A stretch of DNA of 64,000 bases from Felis catus (taxonomy: Eukaryota). Below are positions 24,266-38,222 of this stretch, one piece after another; within the stretch, counting starts at the first letter, position 1, and every line of letters begins with the position of its first letter. The notes beneath the pieces were generated by a model. It saw only the letters and a program-made list of their open reading frames with translations, searched no databases and was not told where the DNA came from. The position numbers and the translations under genes are program-made. The stretch spans positions 31,002,001 to 31,066,000 of the forward strand of contig NC_058368.1 of NCBI RefSeq assembly GCF_018350175.1, written 5' to 3'.

Positions 24266-26694
24266 GAAATAGAGCAATCAATACATGTTTTTCAAAACTC
24301 AAACAAGGAATTTTAATAAACATTCAGGCAACCATTTTTGAAGTTGGTGGGAATGAGCAGTGGTCCTTCTATTCTTCTGTGGCACCTGGAATTCTTCATA
24401 GGAACTTCCAAAGAAGCCAAATGGCTCAGAGCATTATTTTGTCTGCTTATTTTTCCTCTTCCCATATCTCCTTTAGCTCTCCGTTTATCTCTATTGCTTA
24501 TCTATAAGGCTCAATTTGAGAATACAAATTTTAATAAAGGAATGAGGATTACCACAAGGCATAAAATAATCTAGTTCCCTCTCCCTGTATTCATAATCTG
24601 AGCATTGACAGTAACTGAATGTATTTCAAGCTTAAGGCATATGGCATATTAATTCTCTCAGTGTGACTGAACATCAGAACAATGTTTCATTCTTAAATAA
24701 TTGCATGTGAAAGAAAATAAAATGTTATTCAAACAAACAGGAAAATTCACAATCTGTTAATAATGATCTTCAAGAAATACTTCAGCAGCCATGACAATTC
24801 TCACCCTAAAACTAACTTTAAAACCTAGTAGTTCCAGACATTGTGTAAGAAAATTTAAATTATATCATTTTTAAAACTGCCTAAGCATCCTACTTTTCCT
24901 ATAATTATCTTCCTCTTTCAATATCCATTATCTTTGTAAGCCTAGGGTTATTCTTAAAGAATCAAGCCTATGGCCATAAAAATAGAAATGCATTTTTAGT
25001 AACTGTTACCATTATGCTAAAAATACATTTGGATCTATAAGATTTCATAATTTCAGGACTCTTTCCCAATACCAAATACCTTGAATTTCTTACAATTGAA
25101 CGATGGAATGGTATTGCATTGCTTTTCTAATTAAAGCACAGAAAGTTAATAGCTTTGGACATCTCTGTAAAATGAGTAAATGTGTACCCCTGTCTTGACA
25201 TTTCCTCCAGCATTGATTTGAAAACACTAAATGTATTTTATTTTGTGGAACCAGAGCATAAAAATCCACCTAGTAATTGTTTTCCATTGATATTCCCTCA
25301 GTGAGTTTGCATTTATAGGATATGAATTGGCATTTATAATTCAGAGCCAGTCAAATTATAGAATTTGTAAACTGAAGCTCTTTATTTTTTATTAGGATAA
25401 CCTCACAAAGTGATTGGATGGCTTCGTACAGCCTATTCACTTATCTCTTGTTTCCAAAATTGATTAAAGAAATAACAACTTTGCCTATAGAACAGAAAAA
25501 AAATATCACTTAAATGAGCAATTCATTTAGAACACATTTCTTGGAAAACTTATTTTGATTCTTTAGGACCAGGGCAGCACTAAGAAATCAACTTTACACG
25601 AAATATTTCAACAGAAGACAGTTTTAACACAAGGGTTCAGGTCTGGTCAGCAGGAGGGCCCCCCAGATTTGTGGTGAACTTAGGAACTTTTGACTTCACC
25701 ATAGGTGTGGAAAACATGAATAATGCCCTTACTATTGATTATATGACAGGAGGAAAAAAGTCAGAGTAGTGCATCTGTGGGAATGAGATGAAGCTATGGC
25801 ATAGGTCAAGCTGTGGATAAATGCAATATCAGTTCAACAGTAATATGCTCTCCTTTCCCAAGATTTAGAGTACAGACCAATTCTGAGGGATCCTGAAGCC
25901 AGGGAAGTGTGTATTGTATCTGTGTCTCATCACTTGCTCTAAATTGTAATTGATACATAGACAAAGCCAACCTGAAAGGAACTTGATGATCATTTATCCT
26001 TAATGAGAAGAGAAGTTGTAAAAGGGCAGGACAGAATAGTATAAGGAAGTTGGTAAAGGATAATTACCATAAATTTTACTCTGATGTTATGTGTTGATGG
26101 TGGGCAATGGTTGGGATCATCTCTTTTTTTCTTTTTCCTTCTTTGAGAGTCAAATAGGAAGGGCTCCAAAAGATGGGACTAGAATAATTACTCTGTTTAA
26201 TTAGTAAATATAAAATGTATATAATACAGGATTCCAGCATGAGAATTGATGGGCTCTCTCCCAGAAAGTTTTATTTTCTCCATTGACTGTGATATTTCCA
26301 CATAGTTAGTAACTCTCAATCTTAGTCTTCAACCTTGGCACTTTATTTTGAACATAGACTCTCAACATATTCAAAGAAAATGCATAACTTTGCATCTCCT
26401 CTTTCTCTTGTCCTTCTGTCTCCAATATTGGCATCGCCATCTGTTTGTCTAAGCTAGGACAAAATCAATTGTTCGTCACTTTGTGATGTTATACTCCCCT
26501 CATCCTCCACAATGATGGGAACAAAGGCCTATTTATGATAAGTCTCTAACTTCTCCTCCTTTTCTTCCTGATTGCTATTGCTACGTTCTGTGTGTTCACT
26601 GTCTCTGTCATGGAGCATTGCATTTATCTCCAAACCATGTGAGAAATAAGAGCCAACAAGAAGGATGATGAGACGGTCTCTCATAAAGATAATT

Positions 26695-27369
26695 ATTTTT
26701 GTCTCATTCAGGTATAATTAGCATGTAATGTTATATTAGTTTCAGGTGTACAATATGATTCAACAATTCTATACATTTCTCAGTTCTCAAGTTAAGTGTA
26801 CTTTTAATCCCCTTTATCTATTTCCCCCACCCCCACCCCCATCTCCCATTCCTTTGGGAACCACCGGTTTCTTCTCTGTATTTTAGAGTCTGGTTTTTTG
26901 TTTCTTACGTTTTTTTCTTTGTTCATCTGTTTTGTTTCTTAAATTATACATGTTCAGTGAAATCATATGGTCTAGTCTTTCTCTGACTGACTTATTTCAC
27001 TTAGCATTTTACCCTCCAGGTCCATCCATGGTGTTGCAAATGGCAAGATTTCATTCTTTTTTATGGCTGAGTAACATTCCATTGTGTGTGTGTGTGTGCG
27101 TGTGCGTGCGTGTGTGTGTGTGTGTCTGTGATCACAGACACACACACACACACACACACGCACGCACACGCACACACACACACCAACCTTCTTTATTCAT
27201 TCGTCTATTGATGGACATTTGTGTTGCTTCCGTACCTTGGCTGTTGTAAACAAAGCTGCAGTAAACATGGGGTTCATATAACTTCAAAATTAGTATTTTC
27301 ATTTGCTTTGAGTAAATACCCAGTAGTGGAATTACTGGATCATACGGTAATTCCATTTTTTAACTTTTT
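26695..27369 (-). mobile_element. 5'-truncated LINE-1 3' end (carnivore L1 / L1MA9-like)
   Basis: Minus-strand ORFs give ORF2p C-terminal motifs 'ELPYDPVIPLLGIY' and 'MECYSAIKKNEILPFATPWMDLE..MLSEISQSEKD'. 3' UTR 'tatattagtttcaggtgtacaa'. Confidence 0.92.
27083..27183. repeat. Palindromic (TG)n/(CA)n compound microsatellite
   Basis: Arms are reverse complements around ...TCTGTGA|TCACAGA... Confidence 0.93.
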
Positions 27370-27590
27370 CTTTAGAATAATAACTCTGTTCAGGGTGGAA
27401 AGGAGACCTGAGGCAAGGAAATGAATTAATAACTAGTTTAACCTGTCACAGAATCTCCTTTACAACTTGAAATTCTATTAAGTCTGTCAATGGAAGTGGT
27501 TTGTTGTTGATGTTGGTTGTTGCTGTTGTTGTTCTCTTTAATTTGATGTTACTCAGAGTGTTGTTAGGTTTTGTGACTTCAGCTTGAGTA

Positions 27591-27819
27591 TTTTTATTTT
27601 TTTTATTTTTTTTTCAACGTTTATTTATTTTTTTGGGACAGAGAGAGACAGAGCATGAACGGGGGAGGGGCAGAGAGAGAGGGAGACACAGAATCGGAAA
27701 CAGGCTCCAGGCTCCGAGCCATCAGCCCAGAGCCTGACGTGGGGCTCGAACTCACAGACCGCGAGATCGTGACCTGGCTGAAGTCGGACGCTTAACCGAC
27801 TGCGCCACCCAGGTGCCCC
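27591..27819 (-). mobile_element. Young felid CanSINE (SINEC_Fc-like)
   Basis: Near-identical to 22933-23159; perfect TSD AGCTTGAGTATTTTTA. Confidence 0.97.
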
Positions 27820-27954
27820 AAGCTTGAGTATTTTTAAAATAGAGGATATTTCAGATTTTTATCACTGTTTACATCAAGCTCTTTTGGGGGACATACAGCT
27901 ATCTTTCTTGGCATCAATGGGCAGAGGGCTGATCATCACATCCCTTAGCCTATA

Positions 27955-28440
27955 ATAAAATAATAACAGTGATTATAGGAGTAAAATACTTCTGTTAAAT
28001 ACTTGGTCTCTGTGTATCAGACACTCTGCTAAGGTGCTTTACACAATCAAAATCAGTCCTCACAGTAACTCTATGAGGTGTGTAGTATTAGTCTCATTTT
28101 ACAGATAAATCGATTTTCAGAGAAAAGAATTAGATTATCCAAGGTCTCACAATTGGTAAATTTTAGAGATCCAAGTTTGAATGTGGGCTGATTCCAAAGA
28201 TACCTTCTATAGTAGACAAACACTATGGAGTCATATGCCTGAGTTTTAGTTCATTTTGATCTATAGGACTGAAGCTAATTTATTAGGCTCTTTGTGCATT
28301 GGTTTTCTCATCTGTGACATGAGGTTAATAATGTGTGTCTTACAGGTTTGGCATGAAGTTTAAATTAGTTAACATGTGTTTTGCATCAAGAATAAGGCCT
28401 AGCACATAGCGAAAGGTGTATAAACATTAAGTTTTATCAT
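27955..28440. mobile_element. Two adjacent MIR relics in opposite orientation
   Basis: Minus copy 'cctcacagtaactctatgagg..cattttacagat', then plus copy 'ggttttctcatctgtgacatgagg..cctagcacatag'. Confidence 0.7.
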
Positions 28441-30990
28441 CTTATTGTCTCCCCTCCCATCCTATATTTGTAAGAAGGACATGGGATAGATCTGGATACA
28501 TTTAGCTTTTAGGACCTCTGTTTACTATTTGCCTGAATCAGGGGAGCAGGAATAGTAATGGAGTAAAGGAATTTCTGGTTCTCCAAGTGCACATAGGAAG
28601 AACAGAGGTTTTGACTTCTTGAGATCAAATGTTTAGCATGTAACCACATGTTTTAAAACAAAATTATATCCAAAACCACAGCAAAGAAAAATTGACAGAT
28701 TTATTTATTAGAGTTCCCACTAGTATAATAGATTGTATGCTCGCTGAAGCACAACCTCCACATTCTTTCTAGTTTGGTCATGTAAATGTTTTTACTTTCT
28801 GTAAAAGTTAAAATTTTCTTAGTTTTTTTTATAAAAAGGAAACACACAACATGTACTATTATTTCTTTATCAGATGATAATATAGATACATCTTTAACAA
28901 ATAATTTAACAGCTTAAAGGAGGTAAAACTGATCCTAATTAATGAATTGTTTCATATTTTTTCCTATAGTCTTTAGCTGTGACAGAGAACACCCAATAAA
29001 ATAATGAAAGGCAATCAAGTTATCTCTGGTCATTTAATTTTTTTGAAGTAGTTAATACATCCATAGGCTTTAGTGTACAAAAGTATTTCATTTATAGGAT
29101 TATATTATTTTAAATGGATGTTAAAAACCCTTGACAGTGAAAAGAATGTCATCCTGGGCGCCAGGAGACCTGAACTTTCTTCCTCTATTATTTGGTCATG
29201 AATGTCACTTAGTCTCTCCAAACCTCATTTTCCTCATTAGGAAATGGACACACCACCTAGATAGCCTTTCCTTGGGTTTACTAACTAATTCTTCAAATTT
29301 AGATCAAGTATCAGTTTTCTAATTTGAATACTATTGTTAAACTCCTAATTTCATCTGAGGTATTTACATCAGTTCAGTTTCTTTGTGTAATTATTTATTT
29401 CCAAATCAACTAATTGACTGTCGGCTCCATATGAAGGTAAGAACTATGTCCCTCTACTGTAGCATTATTGCACATAGTAGGCTCTCAACAAATATAAGGG
29501 TTATAATCAAGGGTAGTAACCCTAGATACCTTTAGTCTGTAGGTTTGCTTTAGTCTACTTTAGTCTGTACCTAAGATGGAGGACAGCTTAGAAATTAGGA
29601 ACTAAGCAAACTGGGGACTATCTGCCCCATGTAGAGTTATTGAAATTTTAAAAACACTGCTCATGCCAAGCAACACCCTTGTAGGGCCAAGATTTTCTGA
29701 CTTCCGAGAGTAGGTCATTCAAGCACCCAAGTGCCAATAAAAGAAAAGAAAACAAAACAAAATGAGAGCTGATGAGATGTGTTCTATCAGACAAATTAGT
29801 AAAATTTTTCTGTAATGTTTCTTTTTGCTCTCTGATGAATAATCAGCTCTTTTTTCAGTAATCTCAATTGCTCTGCCATGGAACCATTTTTTACCAACTT
29901 GACCTTATACTGCTATCTCAAAGTAGTCTTATATCCCCATCAGTAACTGTATGTAAAGGATCCCTAAGTTAAATAAGTTTAATAAAATATCCTGACTTTT
30001 AATTGGCCATGGGATCTCTTTTAATGATGAACTCTTATGTATTTGAACATACAGCTATGTTTACAACTTGTTTTGCATGGGACTTTTAAGATGTCCATCT
30101 TCTTTCAAGGTGAGATGCAGCTGTATGGTAAAAAATGTGCTTCTTGAAAAGATGGAATTGTGCTTTTTGTTTCTTTAGTTTCTTATTATATACACATGGA
30201 CTCACTGTGTATTTCTAATTTATTGTATATATACAATAAATACTATTGACTAAAATTGCGATACTTTTAACCTTACTCTCAAATGCCCTTCAATAAGAAA
30301 ATTTAAATAACATGAAATGTAAATTAAAACTATGAACAGAAAACTAAAACTGGGAAATATTTATCAAGAGAAAAACAGCTAGACAAAAAGAAATCAGTCA
30401 TTCAGTGCCCTTGACTGTGAAACCCTTCATTTCTCATTACAAAAGTGGAGATAGTATATAAAAGTATAAGTTTGAGCCTGTACATATTCTTCTTCAAGCT
30501 AAAAATATTCTTTAAGTACATTAGATTCCTTAGATAAGACATTTGTTTCTGCCTTGCATAATTAAAGTGCTTATGGAAATGGAAATGCACTAACCCAGAA
30601 TAAATGGTTTAATTTTTTTACAACCTTGATCCAATCATGGAGAACTCAATGCATCATTAGCATCTTTTCCCATGTCTATTCAAAAAAGTATAGGCTCACT
30701 AGCAATGTTGTCACTGAAAGAAAACAAAAGAGTATAGTACATAGCTTCATCTTATGCTGAATTTAGGGTTTTTTTTCCCCTGTAATTTATGTTAACATAA
30801 ACATAATTGTCATTAATAAAAATATTTCCACTTGCAAAAAATGATGTAGAGAAATCTACAGATCATCATCCAAAATAAAGAATATGTTTTTTTGTGAGAG
30901 AAATCCTTAAAGATTAGAATTAAAACATGTAATATCTACATAAGACACAAATACCTAGTTTCAAAATGTATGTTAAAAACTCTGAGGTCA

Positions 30991-31193
30991 GGGGCGCTTG
31001 GGTGGCTCAGTCAGTTAAGCATCTGACTCTTGATTTCAGGTCAGGTCATGATTTCACAGTTTGTGTGTTCAAGCCCCATGCCAGGCTCCATGCTGGCAGT
31101 GAGGAACATGCATGAGATTCTCTCCCTTGGTCTCTCTCTCTCTGTCCTTTCCCTGCTCACTCTTTGTATTTCTCAAAATAAACTTAAAAAAAA
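30991..31193 (+). mobile_element. CanSINE (older subfamily)
   Basis: Canonical head; degenerate TSD AAAAACTCTGAGGT / AAAAACTTCCTGAGGT. Confidence 0.92.
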
Positions 31194-31697
31194 CTTCCTG
31201 AGGTAAAATAACTTTGTGAGATATTTATTATATACTTTTAATTCTAAAATATAACTCTCAGGCATAACAGAACTTTCAAGATTTACCTGAATATTTGAGA
31301 AATACTTTTTTCTAAAAACAGAAATAGAGTTTTATCTAAATATAGATTTATTATATAAATACATTGAGAAGAAAATAATGTCACAAATGAAGAATTCTTT
31401 ATCTCTGTCTTACACATCCAATGGCAAATATTTATATTATAAACCATAATTTTTTCAGGAGTAGATTTCTAGCTAATATTTTCTTGGATGTTGATCTTAA
31501 CCTAATGAATAATTAAATGCTGAGCAAATGCATTTGAAAAAGAACTTTTTAAAATGAGTTTTTAAAAATAATTCTGAATTTAAACTTCTCTAAAAACTGA
31601 AGTCTAATAAAAAGCATTCCATACAAAATTTATTTCTCATTATGTTAAATGCATATCTTTAATTACTCAGCAATTTTTGATAGCAGCTATGCATTCA

Positions 31698-33409
31698 TTT
31701 TTTATGTTTTAATATAATTTATTGTCAAATTGGTTTCCATATGACACCCAGTGCTCATCCCAACAGGTGCCCTCCTTATTGCCCATCACCCACTTTCCCC
31801 TCTCTCCCACCCCCCATACACCTTCAGTTTGTTCTCAGCATCCAAGAGTCTCTTATGGTTTGCCTCCCTCCCTCTTTTTACCTTTTTTTCCCCCTTCCCC
31901 TCCTCCATGGTCTTCTGTTAAGTTTCTCAACATCCACATATGAGTGAAAATATATGATATCTGTCTTTCTCTGACTTATTTCACTTAGCATAAAATGCTC
32001 CAGTTCCATCCACGTTGCTGCAAATGGCCAGATTTCATTCTTTCTCATTGCCAAGTAGTATTCCATTGTATATATAAACCACATCTTCTTTATCCGTTCG
32101 TCAGTTGATGGACATTTAGGCTCTTTCCATAATTTGGCTATTGTTGAAAGTGCTACTATAAACATTGGGGTACATGTGCCCCTATGCATCAGCACTCCTG
32201 TATCCCTTGGGTAAATTCCAAGTAGTGCTATTGCTAGGTCATAGGGTACATCTATTTTTAATTGTTTGAGGAACCTCCACACTGTTTTCCAGAGTGGCTG
32301 CACCAGTTTGCATTCCCACCAACAGTGCAAGAGGGTTCCCGTTTCTCCACATCCTCGCCAGCATCTATAATCTCCTGATTTGTTCATTTTAGCCACTCTG
32401 ATTGGCAGGAGGTGGTATCTCAGTGTGGTTTTGATTTGTATTTCCCTGATGAGGAGTGACGCTGAGCATCTTTTCATGTGCCTGTTGGTCATGTGATGTC
32501 TTCTTTAGAGAAGTGTCTACTCATGTCTTCTGCCCATTTCTTCATTGGAATATTTGTTTTTCGGGTGCGGAGTTTGCTGAGTTCTTTATAAATATTGGAT
32601 ACTAGCCCTTTGTCCTATATGTCATTTGCAAATATCTTTTCCCATTCCATCGGTTGTCTTTTAAATTTGTTGATTGTTTCCTTTGCAGTGCAGAGGCTTT
32701 TTATCTGGGTGAGGTCCCAATAGTTCCTTTTTGCTTTTAATTCCCTTGCCTTTGGAGATGTGTTGAGTAAGAAATTGCTGTGGCTGAGGTAAGAGAGGTT
32801 TTTCCCTGCTTTCTCCTCTAGGGTTTTGGTGGTTTCCTGTCTCACATTCAGGTCCTGTATCCATTTTGAGTTTATTTTTGTGTTTGGTGTAAGAAAGTGG
32901 TCTAGTTTTATTCTTCTGCATGTTGTTGTCCAGTTCTCCCAGCGCCATTTGTTAAAGAGACTGTCTTTTTTTCCATTTGCTATACTTTCCTGCTTTGTCA
33001 AAGATTAGTTGGCCATACTTTTGTGGGTCCAATTCTGGGTTCTCTATTCTATTCCATTGGTTTATGTGTGTGGTTTTGTGCCAATACCATACAGTTTTGA
33101 TGACTACAGCTTTGTAGTAGAGGCTAAAGTGTGGGATTGTGATGCCTCCTGCTTTGGTTTTCTTCTTCAATAGTACTTTGGCTATTCGGGGTCTTTTGTG
33201 GATCCATACAAGTTTTACAATTGTTTGTTCTAGCTTTGAGAAGAATGCTGGTGCAATTTTGATTGGGATTGCATTGAATGGGTAGAATGCTTTGGGTAGT
33301 ATTGACAGTTTAACAATATGTATTCTTCTAATCCATGAGCACGGAATGTTATTCCATTTCTTTGTGTCTTCTTCAATTTCCTTCATAAGCTATCTATAGT
33401 TTTCAGCAT
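31698..33409 (-). mobile_element. 5'-truncated felid LINE-1 (~1.7 kb): frameshifted ORF2 C-terminal part plus 3' UTR
   Basis: ORFs 32952-33386, 32615-33001 and 31878-32492 are ORF2p segments ([24 protein letters not shown], cysteine-rich [29 protein letters not shown]). The 3' end resembles that of 41901-42132. Degenerate TSD ATGCAT(TC)ATTTT. Confidence 0.96.
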
Positions 33410-36400
33410 GCATATTTTAAAGAGTTCCTAGAATATATCCTATAATTAGATGATGACAGTGAAGAAGACAAAGATGAAGATAGAGACAGAGGAAAAGTGG
33501 TGATGATAATACATTTGATAAACACCAGAGAAGATGAAGGAAATAATAGAGAAGAAAATGGAGGAAAGAAGAGTAGGGAAGAAAGTGGATCTATTAAAAG
33601 AAGGAAGGCTTCATTATTTTGAAGTGAAACATTATTAGGAAAAACAGATGCCTCCTAATCTTTCATTTATTTACTGTTCTGCCTTAGTCACTTATCCACC
33701 CTACCATTTTCTTTACTGAGCAATGAGAATAATATTGCCAATTATCTCTTAAAAATATTTGTCTAGCTATTATCCCTCTATGCATGTTCCTTTCTAGTGT
33801 TATGTTTCTCAGGGAAGAAATTATCTAAAATCACTCACTGTGTCATTCTTGAATAAAATCTAACAATAAATCTTATTCACAACTTGGTAGCATAACCTTG
33901 ACTAGTGAGCCTGTAACTAGGGAAGCAGGAAAAGTTTCTCTCTGGGATCATAGTTCCTCAATCTGCATGCCTTTCTGCCCTGAGCTGTTCCCCATGGAGC
34001 CAGTATGTAAGATCTCCCAGGCAATGCTATAGGTTAGTTTTTTGTCCCCATTGAAAACCATGCTTTCATTTCAGTTGACTGTAATGAAATAATCCCAAGA
34101 TAATTCCATTGAGAGGTAATTAATTATCAATATTAATCTGTGACTCTTCTAGATGATTCTCTGTTTTAAAAGAGAATTTGTTTTAACCATCTTAATTTTT
34201 TTTAATGAGAATTTGAATTATAGGCATTGTATAAGATACATACTTACAGATGGGAGTCCTTCTGGAAATTTACAAATCATGAACATATCTCAGCTAATCT
34301 AAAGACAACTTCAGGCATATTGGGCCAAACATCACTTCCACTTTTAATGACAAAATCAAATTGCTTTCTCCTCCTACTTGCTCGCTGTTTCTCACCACTG
34401 GAACGAGAACATTCATTCTGTCTTCAAATTGTCTCTCATATCAAGTTTTATTATTGCATGTTTATTTTTTAGTTCTACCCGATTTCTGCTGCTTCTCAGA
34501 GGAGACCATGTCTGTTTGCCCAGTATTCTAATAGAATAGCTGAAGGTAATAGGCATTCAACAAATGCCTCTTAAAATTGACAGTGCCTAATTATATCTCA
34601 GTGATGAGGGAATTATAGAGCTATCACAATTTCATAGACAATGTCTTTCCTTGGGTCAATAAAATGATGTTTTGATATGGGCAAAAGAAATAGCAGTTTG
34701 AGGGTTTGCAGAGAATGAAAGATACAAAGTTTAAGTCAGCTGTACTGACATCCTACGAAGTTAACAGAACATCTAAAAGTGAATAAATAACCACTATAAA
34801 CAGAAAATTCAAACATGCAGGTTGATTCTCAACCATTCAGTGACTAAATTAACATCCTCTGCCTTGATGCAAACAAAAATTAGTCTTTGGAAACTCTGGA
34901 GATAAACACTAAAATGGCATGTTAATAGTTTAACATTGTAGTTCAGACATGGAATGTACTAGTCTTTGACATCCCCTGATAGAATACCTTTATTCTTTTC
35001 AGTGACTTGATTTTCTGCTGCAGTTATTTTTTTTCCCTTCATGTCATTGCCAACTCACCTATTTCCATACACAAAGTAACTAGCCAATGTATGCTACTAC
35101 ATTTCCAATCTCACAGAATCCTAGGAGGTATTATTGCAATTCCTTTCTCTACCTCAGACATTGTGAAAGGCATTAGTTGTAAAGTATTGTTGAGTTGACA
35201 GGTCTGGAGTTGCTGCTGACATTGTAGAAAAAGACTTCCCAAAAGGTTAAAACCTACATTTTATCAAAGAAAACAGCAATGAAAGATTTGAACTATTGTG
35301 TCTTGAATTATGGCTGGCTGAGATACTCTACTGAATCACTTAATCCTTTTAATACCCGCCTATTTTAGCTTTTATATAAGCATCTGCTCATACAAAGCCT
35401 GCATCAAATTCCAAATCCAGGAACTATTAGAACTGCTTGTAAGACTGATGGACTGTGCTGTGAGCTGTGAAAAGATTCAGAAAATGAGGGAATCAGTATC
35501 ACTGAAGCCCAGGAGGTGCAAGCACTTAGTTACCCGGACTCGGCCTTCTTGCTTCTAACTTATTGGATTTCTTCTAATACCAGACGGTTTCTAACACCTA
35601 AGAACAAAATGGTGTCAGGAAAGCAGATATGTTGATGTAATTATTTTTGTTAAGCTGCTAGGTCTATTGATTGAGACTATCATAGGAAAAATACTTTGGT
35701 GGCTGTTGTGCCACATGACTTTGAAATCAATTACAGTTGAGTTCATGTCTCATGTGACAAATCTAATGGAAAAAGATTGATCTGTTTAGTGCACGGTAAG
35801 TACTTACTATTAAGATTTGATTTTGTTATGCTGTGAGTAGGATAAATGATTAAGAATGGAGGCAAGTTGTTCTGGTATTGCTTTCCCTCTTAGGCCTTGG
35901 GCAGCAATGAAAAATGCCAGTGACTCCCTCTCACCCCCATTCCCAGTAAGGAAATGAGACCCTGAGAGACATAAAGAGGATTGAGTTGGTGAAATAAGAA
36001 ATATTTTTTTTAAATCTTTTTCCTACTGAAGAGACAGAGAAAAAAAATCTAAAGGACAATGCAAAGAAAAAGTCATCAATGCAAATCCAATTTTCTTTTT
36101 ATTTGTTAAAAAACTCTGCAACTCAAATTTGGAACATTTGATTCAACACACACTCACATCCACACTGTACCCCACACGCAAAAGAAAGAACCCTTCACCG
36201 GTGCATCTTGCTAGACTCCAAAGGATTATTATAGAGAATTACTAAGCTAAGAAGCTATGATTAAATGCCCAGTACTTCATGCTTCCCTGTATAGAGGTTT
36301 TCACAAATTTAAATCTAGGAATATGAAAATGGACATTGGTAGGTAAAGTCAGCAGCTCATGTCTAGGTAAATAAATTCTGTGGATAATCTGTCTCAGAAG

Positions 36401-37587
36401 TAAAGGACTGAGTGTCAGCTTAAAAATGTACCTCTGATGTTGTATAATTTACACCTTCTGCCCTCAAAAGTTTTAGTACTTAATCAGTGAGTGTCATTTA
36501 AAATTTAGAAATACTACCATATTTTTATGGAGCTGTGACTTAAATATTTTATTTTCCTTTCTTGCTTTCGTTTAATGATTGACTATTATTAGCCTTTCTA
36601 TTCTATGTCCTTATTAATGCTTCCCATGATACTCCACTGCTTAAATCTTCAGAACATTTAGAAAGAACATGAGTGATACACTTATTCTTTTTGGTTATCC
36701 CTGTATTTCACTCTAACAAGTTTTATGTAAGCAGAAATTTCCATACTGTATTCCCTTATCTAGAGAACAGTATATCTCTCTGCTAAATTTTTCAGACTTT
36801 TTTTGCAGAGAATCATATTCAGATATTGTTGTGTAAGCGAGATAAAAATGTGCAGAACAGAAATGTGAGGGAGTCTGCTATCCGCAGATCTTCTTCTAAG
36901 TCATAGAGTAGTAAAAACTCTTGATTAGAAGAAGCTGAATAACATATCAAATATAAATGCTTGTGAGCAACCCCATCACTTACTTCTTCATGAATAAGCC
37001 AAGGAGACATTCCCTACCAATATATAAGAAAGGGCACCTGGCCACACATGTGAAATGAAAATCTTGCCACTTAGAAAAGATTGTATACTGGATAATGCAA
37101 ATACAATTTGGATATTCATTAGGAATCCATGAGCCATGAAAAGTCAAATAGCCACAAATGATACATTCTGAAATAAAAGTAGACATCGCTCTATAAGAAA
37201 AAAAAATATGGAAACATTAGATGAAAGTGAGTAGTAGTAACCAGTTAACTTAAGATGAATACAGGTTTACCTGCAAATGAAATGTGACAGTGTCTGAGCC
37301 TTTCCTCTGGTGTTCCAGAAAAGATAAAAATGAAATAATCTTCCTTCAACTTAAGTGCTGCATACTTACAGTAGACTGGAAAATAGAAGTGCTCTTGAGA
37401 CTTACTATTCTCAATAAAGCTAATGTCAAACTGGATGGTCATTTAAGCATGAAAGTGATAGATAAGGAAGATTTTTTTTTTAAGTTTAAATGATTTGTCT
37501 AAATTTAAAAATCCTTTTTTTGAAAAAAATTCCATTAAAAAGTACTCCGTGTTCTGATGACAGCACACACACACAAAACATACACAA

Positions 37588-37812
37588 AGGGTGCCTGGGT
37601 GGCTCAGTCGGTTGAGCGTCCGACTTCGGCTCAGGTCATGATCTCACAGTTCGTGGGTTCGAGTCCCGCATCGGGCTCTGTGCTGACCGCTTGCTCAGAG
37701 CCTGCACCCTGCTTCAGATTCTGTGTCTCCCACTCTCTCTGCCCCTCCCCCATTCATGCTTTGTCTCACTCTGTTTCTCAAAAATAAATGTAAACAAAAA
37801 ATTTAAAAAAAA
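37588..37812 (+). mobile_element. CanSINE
   Basis: Canonical head and tail; TSD AAAACATACACAA. Confidence 0.95.
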
Positions 37813-38151
37813 CATACACAATTCGAAGGGTTTGTGAGTGATCTCTCTGAATGATGCAGTAGTAGGTACTGTGTTCATATTTCAATGTGTGTTGCTCGCA
37901 GGGCACTCTGCGTTTCCTTAGTTGGGCTCTGACTTTTCAGAAAGAACAAAGACACGTTGCCCTCTCCTCCCTTCTAATTGTTTGTATTTCCCAATTGTCC
38001 TCCTAAGTCTGCAATTTATAAGTATTGATTGAACTAATCCATTACAACTGAGTATCTTTTTAATGGGTAAAACATTTTTAGCATGAACAATACTACATTA
38101 ATTAAAATACTTATCCTGTCTATAGTGAAAGAAATTTAATAATTAAAGACA

Positions 38152-38218
<67 letters not shown>
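38152..38218. repeat. (TG)n(AG)n compound microsatellite
   Basis: Read directly. Confidence 0.96.

Positions 38219-38222
<4 letters not shown>

Noticed and set aside
31878..33386. Longest ORFs in the window as an active reverse-transcriptase gene
   Set aside because: Frameshifted, 5'-truncated L1 ORF2 lacking the endonuclease and RT catalytic core; a dead copy.
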